The translations under genes were made by a program, and so were the position numbers. Below are positions 11,197 through 21,806 of a stretch of DNA of 64,000 nt, piece after piece. The stretch comes from an uncultured cyanobacterium (GTDB lineage Bacteria > Cyanobacteriota > Cyanobacteriia > Phormidesmidales > Phormidesmidaceae). Position 1 is the first letter of the stretch. Every line of letters starts with the position of its first letter. The DNA lies in NCBI GenBank assembly GCA_963793265.1, contig CAWBZI010000001.1, positions 896,001 through 960,000 of the forward strand, given 5' to 3'. The notes under the pieces were generated by a model. It worked only from the letters and a program-made list of their open reading frames with translations. It was not told where the DNA came from and ran no database searches.

Positions 11197-11370
11197 ATGT
11201 CTGCTTCTTTCCTCCCTTCTATACTCGTGCCTACCGTTGGCCTAGTGTTTCCAGCCATCACCATGGCTGCACTATTCCTCTACATTGAGCGCGGTCAAGC
11301 CACTACCTCAGACGGCACTTCCTCTACCTTTGGCCAAATTTCAGAAGATAGCCAAACAGACGTAGTGTAA
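11197..11370 (+). CDS. psaI: Photosystem I subunit VIII with C-terminal extension
   Basis: [34 protein letters not shown] 11197 after GAGGA. Confidence 0.9.
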   Translation: MSASFLPSILVPTVGLVFPAITMAALFLYIERGQATTSDGTSSTFGQISEDSQTDVV

Positions 11371-11456
11371 TCGCTATCTGAGCGTGCCTAATCTGAGCGC
11401 ACCTATGGGTGAGCGGTTTGACTTGAGCTAAATGGATCAAACAAACTAGCTTAAAC

Positions 11457-11489
11457 AAAAAGCGACCCTTCTTTTGAGGGGTCGCTTTC
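11457..11489. terminator. Bidirectional terminator between convergent psaI and psbJ
   Basis: AAAAAGCGACCC...GGGTCGCTTT inverted repeat with A/T tails. Confidence 0.75.
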
Positions 11490-11526
11490 TATGGAATCTA
11501 CTAAGTTCAATGGTGAAGAAGCCGTT

Positions 11527-11646
11527 CTAAATGGCAGAACCGGTTCCCACATAAGAACCATAGAAAAAGATGCCGACAACCACCAGCACGCCTGTGCCAG
11601 CAACGGTCGCAACAATCCACAGGGGAATTTTACCGTTTTGAAACAT
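11527..11646 (-). CDS. psbJ: Photosystem II subunit J (not in ORF track)
   Basis: Hand translation [39 protein letters not shown]. Confidence 0.95.
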   Translation of the reverse strand: MFQNGKIPLWIVATVAGTGVLVVVGIFFYGSYVGTGSAI

Positions 11647-11719
11647 GAGACTCTCTCCTACTCACAACGTTAACAATCTTGAGCGCTAGTCTGCCGATTT
11701 AACTTTCTACTTAAAGAAT

Positions 11720-11842
11720 CTAGTTAAAGAAGTAGCTAGAGAACAACAAACCGGTCACAAAGACAACGAGTAAACCTAAAAACAAAGACGTCCGGTTTAG
11801 CTCAACGGGCTGCTTGTTCGGATTAGTGGGTCTATCAGCCAT
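11720..11842 (-). CDS. psbL: Photosystem II subunit L (not in ORF track)
   Basis: Hand translation [47 protein letters not shown]. Confidence 0.96.
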   Translation of the reverse strand: MADRPTNPNKQPVELNRTSLFLGLLVVFVTGLLFSSYFFN

Positions 11843-11881
11843 GGGGTATCTCCTTTGTATAGAGGGCTTAGTGTATGAGGG

Positions 11882-12016
11882 CTATCGTTGGATGAACTGC
11901 ATCGCGGCGATCGCGCCTAAAAAGAACACCGAAGGCACAGCCAAAGCATGAACGCTCAGCCATCTGACGGTAAAAATGGGATAAGTAATCGGCTCGTTAG
12001 GGTTTCCACTGGTCAT
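11882..12016 (-). CDS. psbF: Cytochrome b559 beta subunit (not in ORF track)
   Basis: Hand translation [44 protein letters not shown]. Confidence 0.97.
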   Translation of the reverse strand: MTSGNPNEPITYPIFTVRWLSVHALAVPSVFFLGAIAAMQFIQR

Positions 12017-12071
12017 GGCAAATCTCCAAAAGTATCTTCTTTAAGTTTGTTTTAAGCTGCTCGCACGTTAA

Positions 12072-12308
12072 CTATCGAGGCAATACAGTATCGGGGTTAT
12101 ATCGATTGTCGATAATGGGCATTTCCATTTCGTTACTGGGATAGTACTCGTTAGGGCGAGGCGTGCCAAATGCGTCGTACGCCAAGCCTGTCGAAACAAA
12201 TAACCAGCCTGCAATAAACAAAGCAGGAATTGTGATGCTGTGAATAATCCAGTAGCGAATACTCGTTACAATGTCGCCAAAAGGTCTTTCACCGGTATCG
12301 CCAGCCAT
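12072..12308 (-). CDS. psbE: Cytochrome b559 alpha subunit
   Basis: [41 protein letters not shown]. Confidence 0.97.
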   Translation of the reverse strand: MAGDTGERPFGDIVTSIRYWIIHSITIPALFIAGWLFVSTGLAYDAFGTPRPNEYYPSNEMEMPIIDNRYNPDTVLPR

Positions 12309-12466
12309 ATCTTTAAGTCTCCTAAACTAAAGCAAATCAACACGTAACATCTATCATACGAAACTCTTTGCGCTCCTCACAACAAATCCATCGCAATTTC
12401 GGAAATGAAATGGGAAAGTGCCCTCCCTCATAGGTAATAAAACCTAGTGAGAAGAGGGCATATATC

Positions 12467-13537
12467 CTAAGCAGTCGGCGCAGATGCCATTGGCTCTTCT
12501 TCATAGCGCAGCAAGTAGCCCCGCTGACCTAAGACATAGCCTCGGTCTGTGCCTAGAAACTTAATGCGATAGAAGTTCGTTGGCACGTTTTCCACGGCCT
12601 TATCTTTAGCCCAAGTCTCACCGCCGTCGCTGCTCACAAGCAAGTTGCCGCTACCGCCCGTTACCCAAAGCTCTTCAGGCGTCCGATAGGCCATATCCAA
12701 CAGGCCCCAGCTAGAGGCAAATTCAGGATTAATAGGCTCTGTAAAGTCTTCGTACTCAACGCTCTCAGTCCCAAACTGCATCTGACCACCGCGAGCAATC
12801 AGCCACAGCAGGCCGTCTTTGTTAAAGCCCATATTTTGTAGGCGCTTAGAGTTTTCTCTGTTGTGAGGCTGCCAGGCGTCCTGACCCGGTAGCCACGTGG
12901 AGTAAAAGTTACCCCGCGCTGATACGGCAACGTAGCGACCTTCAGAATCGCGCGTCATGTTGCGCACTACGCCTACCGCCGACTGTACCAAGCCTTTCCA
13001 CTGCTGACCGCCGTCTTTGGTCACATAGATAGCGCCAATGTCTGTTGCTAGCTCAGCCGATTTCTTGCCGGTTGCCGTCACCAATAGCGGCTGACCCGGC
13101 AATTGCGGATCGAGCGGAATATTCGACCAGGAAGTACCGCCATCGGTGGTGTGCAGCATGATGTTGGGTTGACCTACTAGCCAACCTTCATCACCTTCAA
13201 AATCGATTGAGGTAAACGTGTACTGCTGTTCACCTAGCTCTAATATTCTGGGCTCCCAGGTTTTACCAGCGTCTGTCGATTCAAGTAGCGTCGTGCGGCT
13301 ACCGACTAGCCAGCCGTGTTCGCCATCCGAGGCAAAGGCCACGTCTGAAATTGACGCCTCAGTAGGTAGAGCAATCACTTCCCAAGGGTTCGTCTCAGTT
13401 TCAGCTAAAAATATCTTATTGCAACTAGTCGCTAACAGTGCGACCATCACCAGCACAAAGCTTTGTCTAAAGACCGCTTTTAATCTGCCTTTATCTATCG
13501 TTTTTCTTACGTGTTCTAAAACCGTCTGCATGACCAC
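12467..13537 (-). CDS. ycf48: PSII assembly factor Ycf48/HCF136
   Basis: BNR-repeat propeller, lipobox-like LATSC, VAVSARGNFYSTW, RLQNMGF; synteny rubA-ycf48-psbEFLJ. Confidence 0.94.
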   Translation of the reverse strand: MVMQTVLEHVRKTIDKGRLKAVFRQSFVLVMVALLATSCNKIFLAETETNPWEVIALPTEASISDVAFASDGEHGWLVGSRTTLLESTDAGKTWEPRILELGEQQYTFTSIDFEGDEGWLVGQPNIMLHTTDGGTSWSNIPLDPQLPGQPLLVTATGKKSAELATDIGAIYVTKDGGQQWKGLVQSAVGVVRNMTRDSEGRYVAVSARGNFYSTWLPGQDAWQPHNRENSKRLQNMGFNKDGLLWLIARGGQMQFGTESVEYEDFTEPINPEFASSWGLLDMAYRTPEELWVTGGSGNLLVSSDGGETWAKDKAVENVPTNFYRIKFLGTDRGYVLGQRGYLLRYEEEPMASAPTA

Positions 13538-13627
13538 TCCAGCAAAAATCCAATCCAGTAAAAATCAGTCTATATAAAGATGCGAGCCGTTTGAGAGCGC
13601 ATCTGTGTAACAAGCCGTAGAAGGCTC

Positions 13628-14098
13628 TTATTGCAAGCCGTAGAGGCTTAGAAAGAAGAGCACGCCTAAGCCCAAAGCGCCAAAAATCAGCAGGTTCTTT
13701 TGCCCCGGCGTCAGTGTGTTCACGCCGAATCCATAGTTCAAATTCTCTTTAAACCCAGAAGCGGTACCGACCGGGCCGATGTTGCTAAATTGCGTAGTGC
13801 TAGAGCCACACACCGGGCAGCGCCACTCTTTGGGCAGCGCTCTAAACTCAATGCCAGGTGGGATTTCGCTGCGGTTGTCGCCTTTTGCAGGCTCGTAGGT
13901 GTAGCCGCAAGAGCGACACTCAAAGCAGTCCATCTCAGCAGGTGTTAGCGGCTTTGGTGGCGCTTCTGGGTCGGCCTCTGGGTCGGCTGCTGGCTTGACG
14001 GCTGGCTGAGGCGATTCCTCAGTTTTAACTAGCGGAATCATCTCTTCGACAGGCGGCGACTGCTCTGGGTCGAGATTAGATGGTGGCTCTGTGCTCAT
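13628..14098 (-). CDS. rubA: Membrane-anchored rubredoxin A
   Basis: ECRSCGYTY...WRCPVCG; GFKENLNYGFGVN; C-terminal TM. Confidence 0.92.
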   Translation of the reverse strand: MSTEPPSNLDPEQSPPVEEMIPLVKTEESPQPAVKPAADPEADPEAPPKPLTPAEMDCFECRSCGYTYEPAKGDNRSEIPPGIEFRALPKEWRCPVCGSSTTQFSNIGPVGTASGFKENLNYGFGVNTLTPGQKNLLIFGALGLGVLFFLSLYGLQ

Positions 14099-14366
14099 TG
14101 CTTAGGGTGAGAGTTGGAAGGGCGAAATTGCGAAAGGTGAGATAAAAAATATGAGAATATCTGTTAACTATTATTGCATACGGCGGGTTTCATCTAGGCC
14201 ACTACGCCTTTAGCGGTAGCGATTTTACAGCGAGCCTAGTCACAAAAAGGGTCGCTTCTGAAAGAATGCGGTTCTATCGCAAAATCCAGCTTAGAAATTT
14301 AGGAGCCAGAGAGAACCGAGGCCGCTACAATAAGAGGGATTTTAGAAGAATTGAAGGCGATCGCGT

Positions 14367-14729
14367 GTGTTTGTTTTAAGTGGATACGAATACTTTCTCG
14401 GCTTCTTGCTGATCAGTAGCTTAGTGCCCGTTGTCGCATTAGGCGCATCTAAACTGCTCAGACCTGCCAACGCAGGGCCAGCGAGTCGCACAACCTACGA
14501 ATCAGGCTGCGAACCGATTGGTGGGGCCTGGATTCAGTTCAACATTCGCTACTATATGTTTGCACTGGTATTCGTTATTTTTGACGTAGAAACAGTGTTT
14601 TTGTACCCTTGGGCAGTCGCCTTTCACACGCTTGGGGTTTTAGCTTTTGTAGAGGCGCTAATTTTTATCGCGATTTTGGTCGTTGGCCTAGTGTACGCAT
14701 GGCGTAAAGGAGCATTGGAGTGGTCGTAA
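14367..14729 (+). CDS. ndhC: NDH-1 subunit 3
   Basis: [34 protein letters not shown]. Confidence 0.97.
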   Translation: MFVLSGYEYFLGFLLISSLVPVVALGASKLLRPANAGPASRTTYESGCEPIGGAWIQFNIRYYMFALVFVIFDVETVFLYPWAVAFHTLGVLAFVEALIFIAILVVGLVYAWRKGALEWS

Positions 14730-15526
14730 ACTCAGATATGGCATCAGGAATGAAAGCAGGATCTTTGCAGGGCAAAGGCAGAAACATGCTGCTAGACGGG
14801 ATGAACCCCGGCGAGCGGATTATGAACCCTGCGCAAAATGCAGGGATTACACAAGACTTGTCAGAGAACGTCATCATGACGACGGTCGATGACCTCTATA
14901 ACTGGACGCGGCTATCGAGCCTGTTTCCTCTTTTGTACGGAACGGCCTGCTGCTTCATTGAGTTTGCAGCGCTGCTGGGTTCTCGCTTCGACTTTGACCG
15001 CTTTGGCTTGGCTCCTCGGGCCAGCCCCCGCCAGGCAGACTTAATTATCGTGGCCGGTACTGTGACTATGAAAATGGCACCCGCGCTGGTTCGCCTATAC
15101 GAGCAAATGCCAAAGCCTGCCTACGTGATGGCGATGGGTGCTTGCACGATTACCGGCGGTATGTTTAGCTCTGATTCGCCAACGGCGTTGCGTGGTGTAG
15201 ACAAAATTATTCCTGTGGATGTTTACATTCCAGGCTGTCCGCCCCGCCCTGAGGCGATTTTTGATGCAATTATCAAGCTGCGTAAGAAGATTGCCAATGA
15301 GTCTATGCAGGAGCGCGGCCAGTTTGAAAGTACTCACCGCTTCTATACGCGCGACCACAGCATGAAGGTGGTTTCACCTATTCTGACTGGCAAATATTTG
15401 GCTTCTGGTACTAGAGAGGAGCCGACTCGTGAGCTGATGGCAGCAATGGGTATGCCGGTTTCACCTGATAAGCGTAATGCTGAGGTGGAAGGTGTGGAGC
15501 TAGACGACAGTAAGGAGAAAGCGTAG
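14720..15526 (+). CDS. ndhK: NDH-1 subunit K
   Basis: [25 protein letters not shown]; start may be a downstream ATG. Confidence 0.96.
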   Translation: MVVNSDMASGMKAGSLQGKGRNMLLDGMNPGERIMNPAQNAGITQDLSENVIMTTVDDLYNWTRLSSLFPLLYGTACCFIEFAALLGSRFDFDRFGLAPRASPRQADLIIVAGTVTMKMAPALVRLYEQMPKPAYVMAMGACTITGGMFSSDSPTALRGVDKIIPVDVYIPGCPPRPEAIFDAIIKLRKKIANESMQERGQFESTHRFYTRDHSMKVVSPILTGKYLASGTREEPTRELMAAMGMPVSPDKRNAEVEGVELDDSKEKA

Positions 15527-16057
15527 ATGGCAGATACAGAAGAGAAGAAAGCAGAAGGCACAGAAGAAACGGCCATTGTCGAAGCTGGTGAGGTATCTAC
15601 CTGGCTTAGTGAGCAAGGGTTTCAGCATGAGACTTTAGAGCGTGACCACTCTGGAGTGGAAGTGTTAAAGGTTGAGCCTGATTTTTTACTGCCTTTTGCA
15701 ACTGCGCTGTATGCCAACGGCTTTAACTATTTGCGCTGTCAGTGTGCTTACGATTCTGGCCCCGGTCAGGATTTGGTGAGCGTGTACGACCTTACTAAGA
15801 TGACTGATGATGCAGACGCGCCATCAGAGGTACGAATCAAATGCTTTTTGCCGCGTGAGAATCCTAGAATCTCCTCGGTGTATTGGATTTGGAAGGCGGC
15901 TGACTGGCAAGAGCGCGAGTGCTATGACATGTATGGCATCATCTATGACGGACATCCAAACTTGAAGCGACTGCTGATGCCTGAAGATTGGGAGGGCTTT
16001 CCGCTACGGAAGGACTATATTTCTCCTGACTTTTATGAGCTGCAAGATGCTTATTAG
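15527..16057 (+). CDS. ndhJ: NDH-1 subunit J
   Basis: [35 protein letters not shown]. Confidence 0.96.
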   Translation: MADTEEKKAEGTEETAIVEAGEVSTWLSEQGFQHETLERDHSGVEVLKVEPDFLLPFATALYANGFNYLRCQCAYDSGPGQDLVSVYDLTKMTDDADAPSEVRIKCFLPRENPRISSVYWIWKAADWQERECYDMYGIIYDGHPNLKRLLMPEDWEGFPLRKDYISPDFYELQDAY

Positions 16058-16105
16058 GCAAGGCGCTTATTAGGACAGTCGTGGATTGTTGAAATAGCAG
16101 ACGGA

Positions 16106-16129
16106 GGGCGTAAAGCCTTACGCCCCTAC
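16106..16129 (-). repeat. GTAG-type REP-like palindrome
   Basis: Minus strand GTAG-GGGCGTAAGG-CTTTACGCCC: GTAG followed by a GC-rich imperfect palindrome; intergenic between convergent genes. Confidence 0.55.
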
Positions 16130-16220
16130 AGTTGATTCTGTGGGGGTTTCGATGTTTTATGATCCAGTGCAGCGAATATTGCTACTAGCGACATCCTATT
16201 AGGGACAGTTCTTTAACAAT

Positions 16221-17147
16221 CTAGCCTGCCGGGAAATAAGTGCGGGCAGGCGCAAATATCTGCTCAGCTCTTTCAGAACCGAAGTAGCGCCAGTGCCAGG
16301 GCTCAAAGGTGACGCCCTGCGTATTGCCTTTGGGAAAAGACTCTTCAAATCCATAAGCGTAAGCGTTTGTCTTTAGCCACCGGTAGGCTGCTGTATTTTC
16401 AAAGCTGTACTTGATGTCGGTATTGGGCTGATCGGCATCGGCAATGTCTATAGCGTAGCCGGTATGATGTTCACTATGGCCAGGCGGTGCACTGTACCTA
16501 GCAGCCTCAGCCTCACTGCCTTTGCGCTCAACCTGATTTTCAAATAGCTGCGCTTGATCGGCAAAGGTGCGAAATCCTGAAATTGGCATGATGTTGATAC
16601 CTTCAGCAGCAGCAGCAGCTCGCATGTTAGCAAAGGACTGTACAGCTTCGAAGTCTAGAGATTCGGCGCGCTCATAAGATTCGCGGACGAAAGAACCCAC
16701 GCTCTCTAACCTAGCTGGATTGTTTTCGGCGTAGGGCAAGTGGTTGAAGGCGTCACCAGATATGCCTGCTGAAGGGATTTTAGGGGCACCTGCGATCGCC
16801 CCCGCCCCTAAAGAACCCACCGACTGCTCACCCAGATCCTCTTGAGGATAAGCACTTTCATCGGGCAGATTAAAGGTCGAGTCTGTGCCAGAGGGAACGG
16901 GAATAGGCTTAGGAACTCTACCTGGAATAATATCTGGGCTGGGTTTGATAGCGGCCTGTGAGCTATTTTCGTCAGCGAGGGGCGATCGCGTATCGTTCAA
17001 AGCTGCCTCAGGCTCTTTATTTCTCAACAGGCTACTTTCCAAAACGCTCGCTCTGAGCGTCAGCCCACCCAGCACAATTACAACAGCGGTGATGCAGGAG
17101 ATCGCAACGTAGAGCGTCGACTTAGGAATAGAGTGAAAAAGCTTCAT
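16221..17147 (-). CDS. M15B D-Ala-D-Ala carboxypeptidase (VanY-like), membrane anchored
   Basis: ISGFR, SAPPGHSEHHTGYAID, FEPWHWRY. Confidence 0.92.
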   Translation of the reverse strand: MKLFHSIPKSTLYVAISCITAVVIVLGGLTLRASVLESSLLRNKEPEAALNDTRSPLADENSSQAAIKPSPDIIPGRVPKPIPVPSGTDSTFNLPDESAYPQEDLGEQSVGSLGAGAIAGAPKIPSAGISGDAFNHLPYAENNPARLESVGSFVRESYERAESLDFEAVQSFANMRAAAAAEGINIMPISGFRTFADQAQLFENQVERKGSEAEAARYSAPPGHSEHHTGYAIDIADADQPNTDIKYSFENTAAYRWLKTNAYAYGFEESFPKGNTQGVTFEPWHWRYFGSERAEQIFAPARTYFPAG

Positions 17148-17217
17148 CGACAGAGCACCAGGCCAAAAGGGCGAGAATAATCGTTACGTCTAGTTGATTG
17201 TACCTAGCCGATTGTAC

Positions 17218-19089
17218 TTAATCCGGGCTGACAAGCTGCGCGGCGATCCAACCGCTTGCGCCCGACTTTGGGAAATAGACCTCATGCCAGCTATAGCCGC
17301 CTGAGTCTTTAGCAGAGTTGCGAATGACGACGCGATCGCCCGGATAAGCGATATGCGCCACCTCATAATCAGTGCCAGGGCCAGAGCGAATATTTTTACT
17401 GCCTGCCTGACCCGCAATCGCAGCATTGGTATTATCCGCTGGCGGCTGTGGTTTGGCCTGCTGTGGTCTAGACTGCTGTGGCGGTGCAGCGTCGCCATCT
17501 ACTTGAATGAGCTGCCCGGCTATCCAGCCCGAATTACCACTGGGCACCAGCACTCGATACCAGGGATTGCCGCCCGAGTCACTGCTGCGGTCTACGACTT
17601 TGACGCGATCGCCCACCCGCACCGAATCGACCACACCGTAGGTCGTACTTGGCCCCGAGCGAATATTCTTACTCCCCGGCTGCCCCACAATTGAGCTATT
17701 AGACCCCGGTACCGATGCCGTTTGAGGTGGAGCCGGGACAGAAGGAGCCACGGGTGTCGGCGGTGGAATTTCAAGATCAGCCGTTGGGTCTTCGGCCTCT
17801 GTTTCACCAGACTCCACTTCCGGGTCTTCAGCTGGGCTCACCTCAGCAGAGTTATCTGGGCTAGCATCCGCAGCCCCCGGTAGCCGATCCATTACGACCA
17901 GAGCCCCTAGCAGCACGCTAAAGCCAACCATACCGCCGATAATTACGGCATTTTTCCACTGCCCGGAAGACTGCGCAGGCTGAATTCCAGAGGGCACCGC
18001 CGCTGCATACGAACCTGTCGGCGGCACGGCCATTTGAGTATTGGCGCTGTTAGGACTTTGATAGCTAGCGCTTTGATAGCCAGTGCTTTGATAGCCAGAG
18101 GCAGCAGCAGGCGCAACAGCCGCCGTCGAATAGGCTGAGTCGGGCGAGCCAGGCGGCGCAGAAATAATCGTCTGCGAAGACTGCCTGGTTTCAGGAATGC
18201 CGCCATCGCTATGCGGCACTGGCGTTGCCGCTGTCATACCGTTCAAAATTAGGCCATTCAAGATAGACAGCATTTCTTGAACGACCGGAAACCGACTTTG
18301 CGCGCTCATATGAATGGCACAGTCTAAAAAATTACCAAACTCAGGCGTCAGATTGGGCGCATACTGCCGCCACAGCAGCTCGCCAGTTCTCGGATCAATC
18401 TCTAGCTCCTGCGGAATTTTGCCCGTGAGCGCATAAATCGCCGTCATCCCAAGGCTGTAAAGATCGCTAGCAAAAACAGGACGGCCCGATAGCTGCTCAG
18501 CAGGCATATAGCCAGGCGTGCCGACCACAATAGAGTGTGAGCTGTGGGCGTGGCTGTCGATGATGGTGTTCATCGTTTCTTTCACTGCACCGAAGTCGAT
18601 CAGCACCGGCTTGCCGTCTTTTTGTCGCAGAATTATGTTGTCAGGCTTAATATCGCGATGCACAATGCCTTCGCTATGGACATGAGCAACCACGGGCAGT
18701 AGATTTGCCAGAATGTTTTGTACCGCTCTCTCAGGCAATGGCCCTTCCTTTTGCACGCGCTGCGTTAGCGTATCGCCTTGCACCCATTCTTCAACCAGAT
18801 AAAACTGATCGGCTTCTGAGAAATAGGCGTACAGGCGCGGAATTTGCTCATGGCCTTCGCCCAGCTTTTCTAAGATGGCCGCTTCGCGCTGAAAGCGATC
18901 TTTCACCATCTGGCTCGTCTGCGGATTGTCATGAACCGGCTTAAGCTGCTTGAGCACACACTGACGGTTAGACGGCATCTGCGTGTCTTCGACTAAAAAC
19001 GTTTTACCAAAGCCGCCATCGCCCAACACGTTCAAGACCCGATAGCGATTGCTCAGTGTTACAGGCGTCATGTCCTCTGGAGATGCCAT
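17218..19089 (-). CDS. Ser/Thr kinase with TM helix and two C-terminal SH3b domains
   Basis: GDGGFG, HRDIKPDN, DFG; TM IIGGMVGFSVLLGALVV; two KNIRSGP...W..V...SG..GWIA.QL repeats. Confidence 0.92.
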   Translation of the reverse strand: MASPEDMTPVTLSNRYRVLNVLGDGGFGKTFLVEDTQMPSNRQCVLKQLKPVHDNPQTSQMVKDRFQREAAILEKLGEGHEQIPRLYAYFSEADQFYLVEEWVQGDTLTQRVQKEGPLPERAVQNILANLLPVVAHVHSEGIVHRDIKPDNIILRQKDGKPVLIDFGAVKETMNTIIDSHAHSSHSIVVGTPGYMPAEQLSGRPVFASDLYSLGMTAIYALTGKIPQELEIDPRTGELLWRQYAPNLTPEFGNFLDCAIHMSAQSRFPVVQEMLSILNGLILNGMTAATPVPHSDGGIPETRQSSQTIISAPPGSPDSAYSTAAVAPAAASGYQSTGYQSASYQSPNSANTQMAVPPTGSYAAAVPSGIQPAQSSGQWKNAVIIGGMVGFSVLLGALVVMDRLPGAADASPDNSAEVSPAEDPEVESGETEAEDPTADLEIPPPTPVAPSVPAPPQTASVPGSNSSIVGQPGSKNIRSGPSTTYGVVDSVRVGDRVKVVDRSSDSGGNPWYRVLVPSGNSGWIAGQLIQVDGDAAPPQQSRPQQAKPQPPADNTNAAIAGQAGSKNIRSGPGTDYEVAHIAYPGDRVVIRNSAKDSGGYSWHEVYFPKSGASGWIAAQLVSPD

Positions 19090-19313
19090 CGCTTCGTTCC
19101 TAATAAATAATGAAAATATGAGATTGCTTGCAGACCGATAAAACGCAGCAATTAGTCGTTAATACGCCGTTTACTAGCCTTATTCCCGATATATGAGTCT
19201 AAGAGAATTAGCCTTTACTTTAAAGGCTGTTATAGCGAAGGGAGCGTTTATTTACACAAACTGCACAATGCTGGTTGAATGGCTCTAAGGCAACTCCTGA
19301 ACGCAAGGCTGCT

Positions 19314-21738
19314 ATGGCTACCAATTCGTCTGAAACTCTGCTGACTAGCCCCTATATTGAGCTAAATAATCGCGGTAAGCTGCTGCGGTTTGATCTGTGT
19401 GAGGACGAGCATCGGTTAGGGCGCGATCGCACCTGGGCCAATTTGCCAATTCCTGAGCAGGGCTGGGAGGTGATTTCAGGGCGGCATATTCTGTTTAAGC
19501 GGGAGGGCGATCGCTACCGAGCGTATGACGGCGATGGCAAAGGAAAGCCCAGCACTAACGGGCTGTTCATGAATCACACCCGAATCAAGCCTCAGCCGGG
19601 TTGTTTGCTGCTCAGACAATACCCAACTGCAAATCGGTCAAAATCCTCAGAACATGATTTTGATGGATTACACCGTACGGCCCAAAGCGCCGGTAACCAG
19701 CAACAGGCCGAACACGTCGCGACTGAACTTAAGAACGCTGCAATCGCCCAAAGTGGAGCTAGGCCGTGAGCCCGAAAATCAGGCGGCGGCAATGATGCTA
19801 AATGCCCCATCGGTATCGCGGCATCACGCTTCAGTTACCCGCGCTGAGAATGGCACCTACACGCTGCGCGACCATAGCGCCAACGGCACTTTTGTAAATA
19901 AGCAGCGGCTAAAAGCGCCGCATAAGCTTCAAGATGGCGACACGATTCAGATCGGGCCGTTTACGCTGCTGTATCGAGAGTCGCTGCTAGAGATTTTTGA
20001 TACGGGCGATCGCATTCGCCTAGACGCGCTCAACTTGGTGCGCAAAGTCAAATACGCCAACACCGAAAAAACCATCCTCAACGACGTTTCAGTCGCCATC
20101 GAACCAGGGCAGCTCGTCGCGATTGTCGGCGGCAGTGGTGCTGGCAAATCCACGCTGATGAAAACGCTGCTGGGCATTGCCCCAACTACATCAGGCGTCG
20201 TGCTGCTCAACGGCGACGACCTGCGCCAAAACTTTGATCTCTATCGCAGAGATATCGGCTACGTACCGCAAGATGACATCGTTCACCGCGAGCTAACCGT
20301 AGAGGAAGTGTTGACCTATGCCTGTCAGCTTCGCCTGCCGCCCGACACCAATATTGAAGCGGCCATTACGAACACGTTGAATCAAGTAAAGCTCAGCCAC
20401 GTTCGGCATACCGTGGTTCATCAGCTCAGCGGCGGGCAGCGCAAGCGCGTCAGTATCGCGGTGGAATTACTCGCCAATCCCAAGCTGTTCTTTTTAGACG
20501 AGCCGACCTCGGGCCTTGACCCTGGCCTGGATAAAAAGATGATGGAGCTGCTGCGAGAGCTAGCCGATCAGGGCCGGACGATTGTGCTAGTGACTCATGC
20601 GACGAGTAATTTGGAGGCGTGCGATCGCGTCATTTTCATGGGCAGCGGCGGTCAGCTCTGCTACTTTGGCCCGCCCGAAGACGCCATGACCTTTTTTCAA
20701 GCCCCTTCTCCCGACTTCAAACACTTCGCTGATATCTATATCAAGCTCGATGAGGGAAACACCGACGATCAGCGGGCGCAGAACGTACAGCACTGGGCTG
20801 AGAAATTTAAGCGATCGCCCATCCATCATCAATACGTAGAAACAGCCCTATCAGGCGCACAAAACAGCAGCTCTTCCGTCCGACCCAAGCGACAAAAAGG
20901 CTCCTGGTTCAGGCAGTGGTGGATTTTAGGTCGGCGGTACTTAGATCTGGTATTACGCGACAGGTTCAGCCTCCTTCTCTTATTCTTCACGGCTCCCATC
21001 GGCGTCGCGCTCTTAAGACTAGCCCTACGCGGCGAAAGCCCCATCGCTGAACCCGCCGTGCCAGTCGCACCCGAACACGCCCCCATGGCCCTGCGCGTTC
21101 TGTTCGTTTTCACCTGCGCCACCATTTGGGTCGGCCTTTCCAGCACCGCTCAAACCATCGTCAAAGAAGCCAACATCTACCTGCGCGAGCGCCTCGTCAA
21201 CTTACAGCTCGTCCCCTACCTCGGCTCCAAATTTTCTATCCATGCCGCCTTAGCGATCATTCAAGCCTTCCTACTCATGCTTGTGATCATCATCGGCTTT
21301 GAATCCCCCGATCCAGACCTATTGCCCTGGTTTGCAGGCGTCATCATCACCACCTTTCTCACCCTCATCGCCAGCATCAGCCTGGGCCTAATGATTTCAT
21401 CCATAGTTAAAAATCCCACTCAGGCCAACAGCGCCCTACCTTTGCTGCTCCTGCCTCAGATTATATTCTCCGGCATCCTCTTTGATCTCGACGGCCCGGC
21501 CCGCTTCATTTCCTGGCTAATGATCAGCCGCTGGTCTATCGGCGGCTATGCAGCTTCACTAGATATCAACAGCATGGTGCCTGAAGCAATGCCCGGCGTC
21601 ACTTTACCCTTCGATGGCAATACTGCCTACGATGCAACCTGGGAAAACTTGGCGCTGAACTGGGGGATTTTGTGTGTGCATAGTCTGGTGTGCTTGAGCG
21701 TCAGCCTATGGCAACAGAAGCGCAAAGATATTCTATGA
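19314..21738 (+). pseudogene. FHA-FHA-ABC(G-type)-permease fusion split by a +1 frameshift near 19611 (sequence error or recent lesion); downstream part 19654-21738 intact
   Basis: FHA1 (LGR, SGRH, STNG) in one frame continues as SDNTQLQIGQNPQN in the next; FHA2, Walker A GGSGAGKS, LSGGQ, DEPTSGLD and ABC2 TM domain. Confidence 0.8.
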
Positions 21739-21806
21739 CGAAGATACTTTTATCTGAGCCCGCGCTACACTCATCGTGGAAATTATTTCTTTAACCTGCC
21801 TGATTC

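Noticed and set aside
11491..11673. 60-aa plus-strand ORF
   Set aside because: Antisense shadow of psbJ
19612..19769. C-terminal part of the 164-aa ORF as real protein
   Set aside because: Out-of-frame read-through after the frameshift
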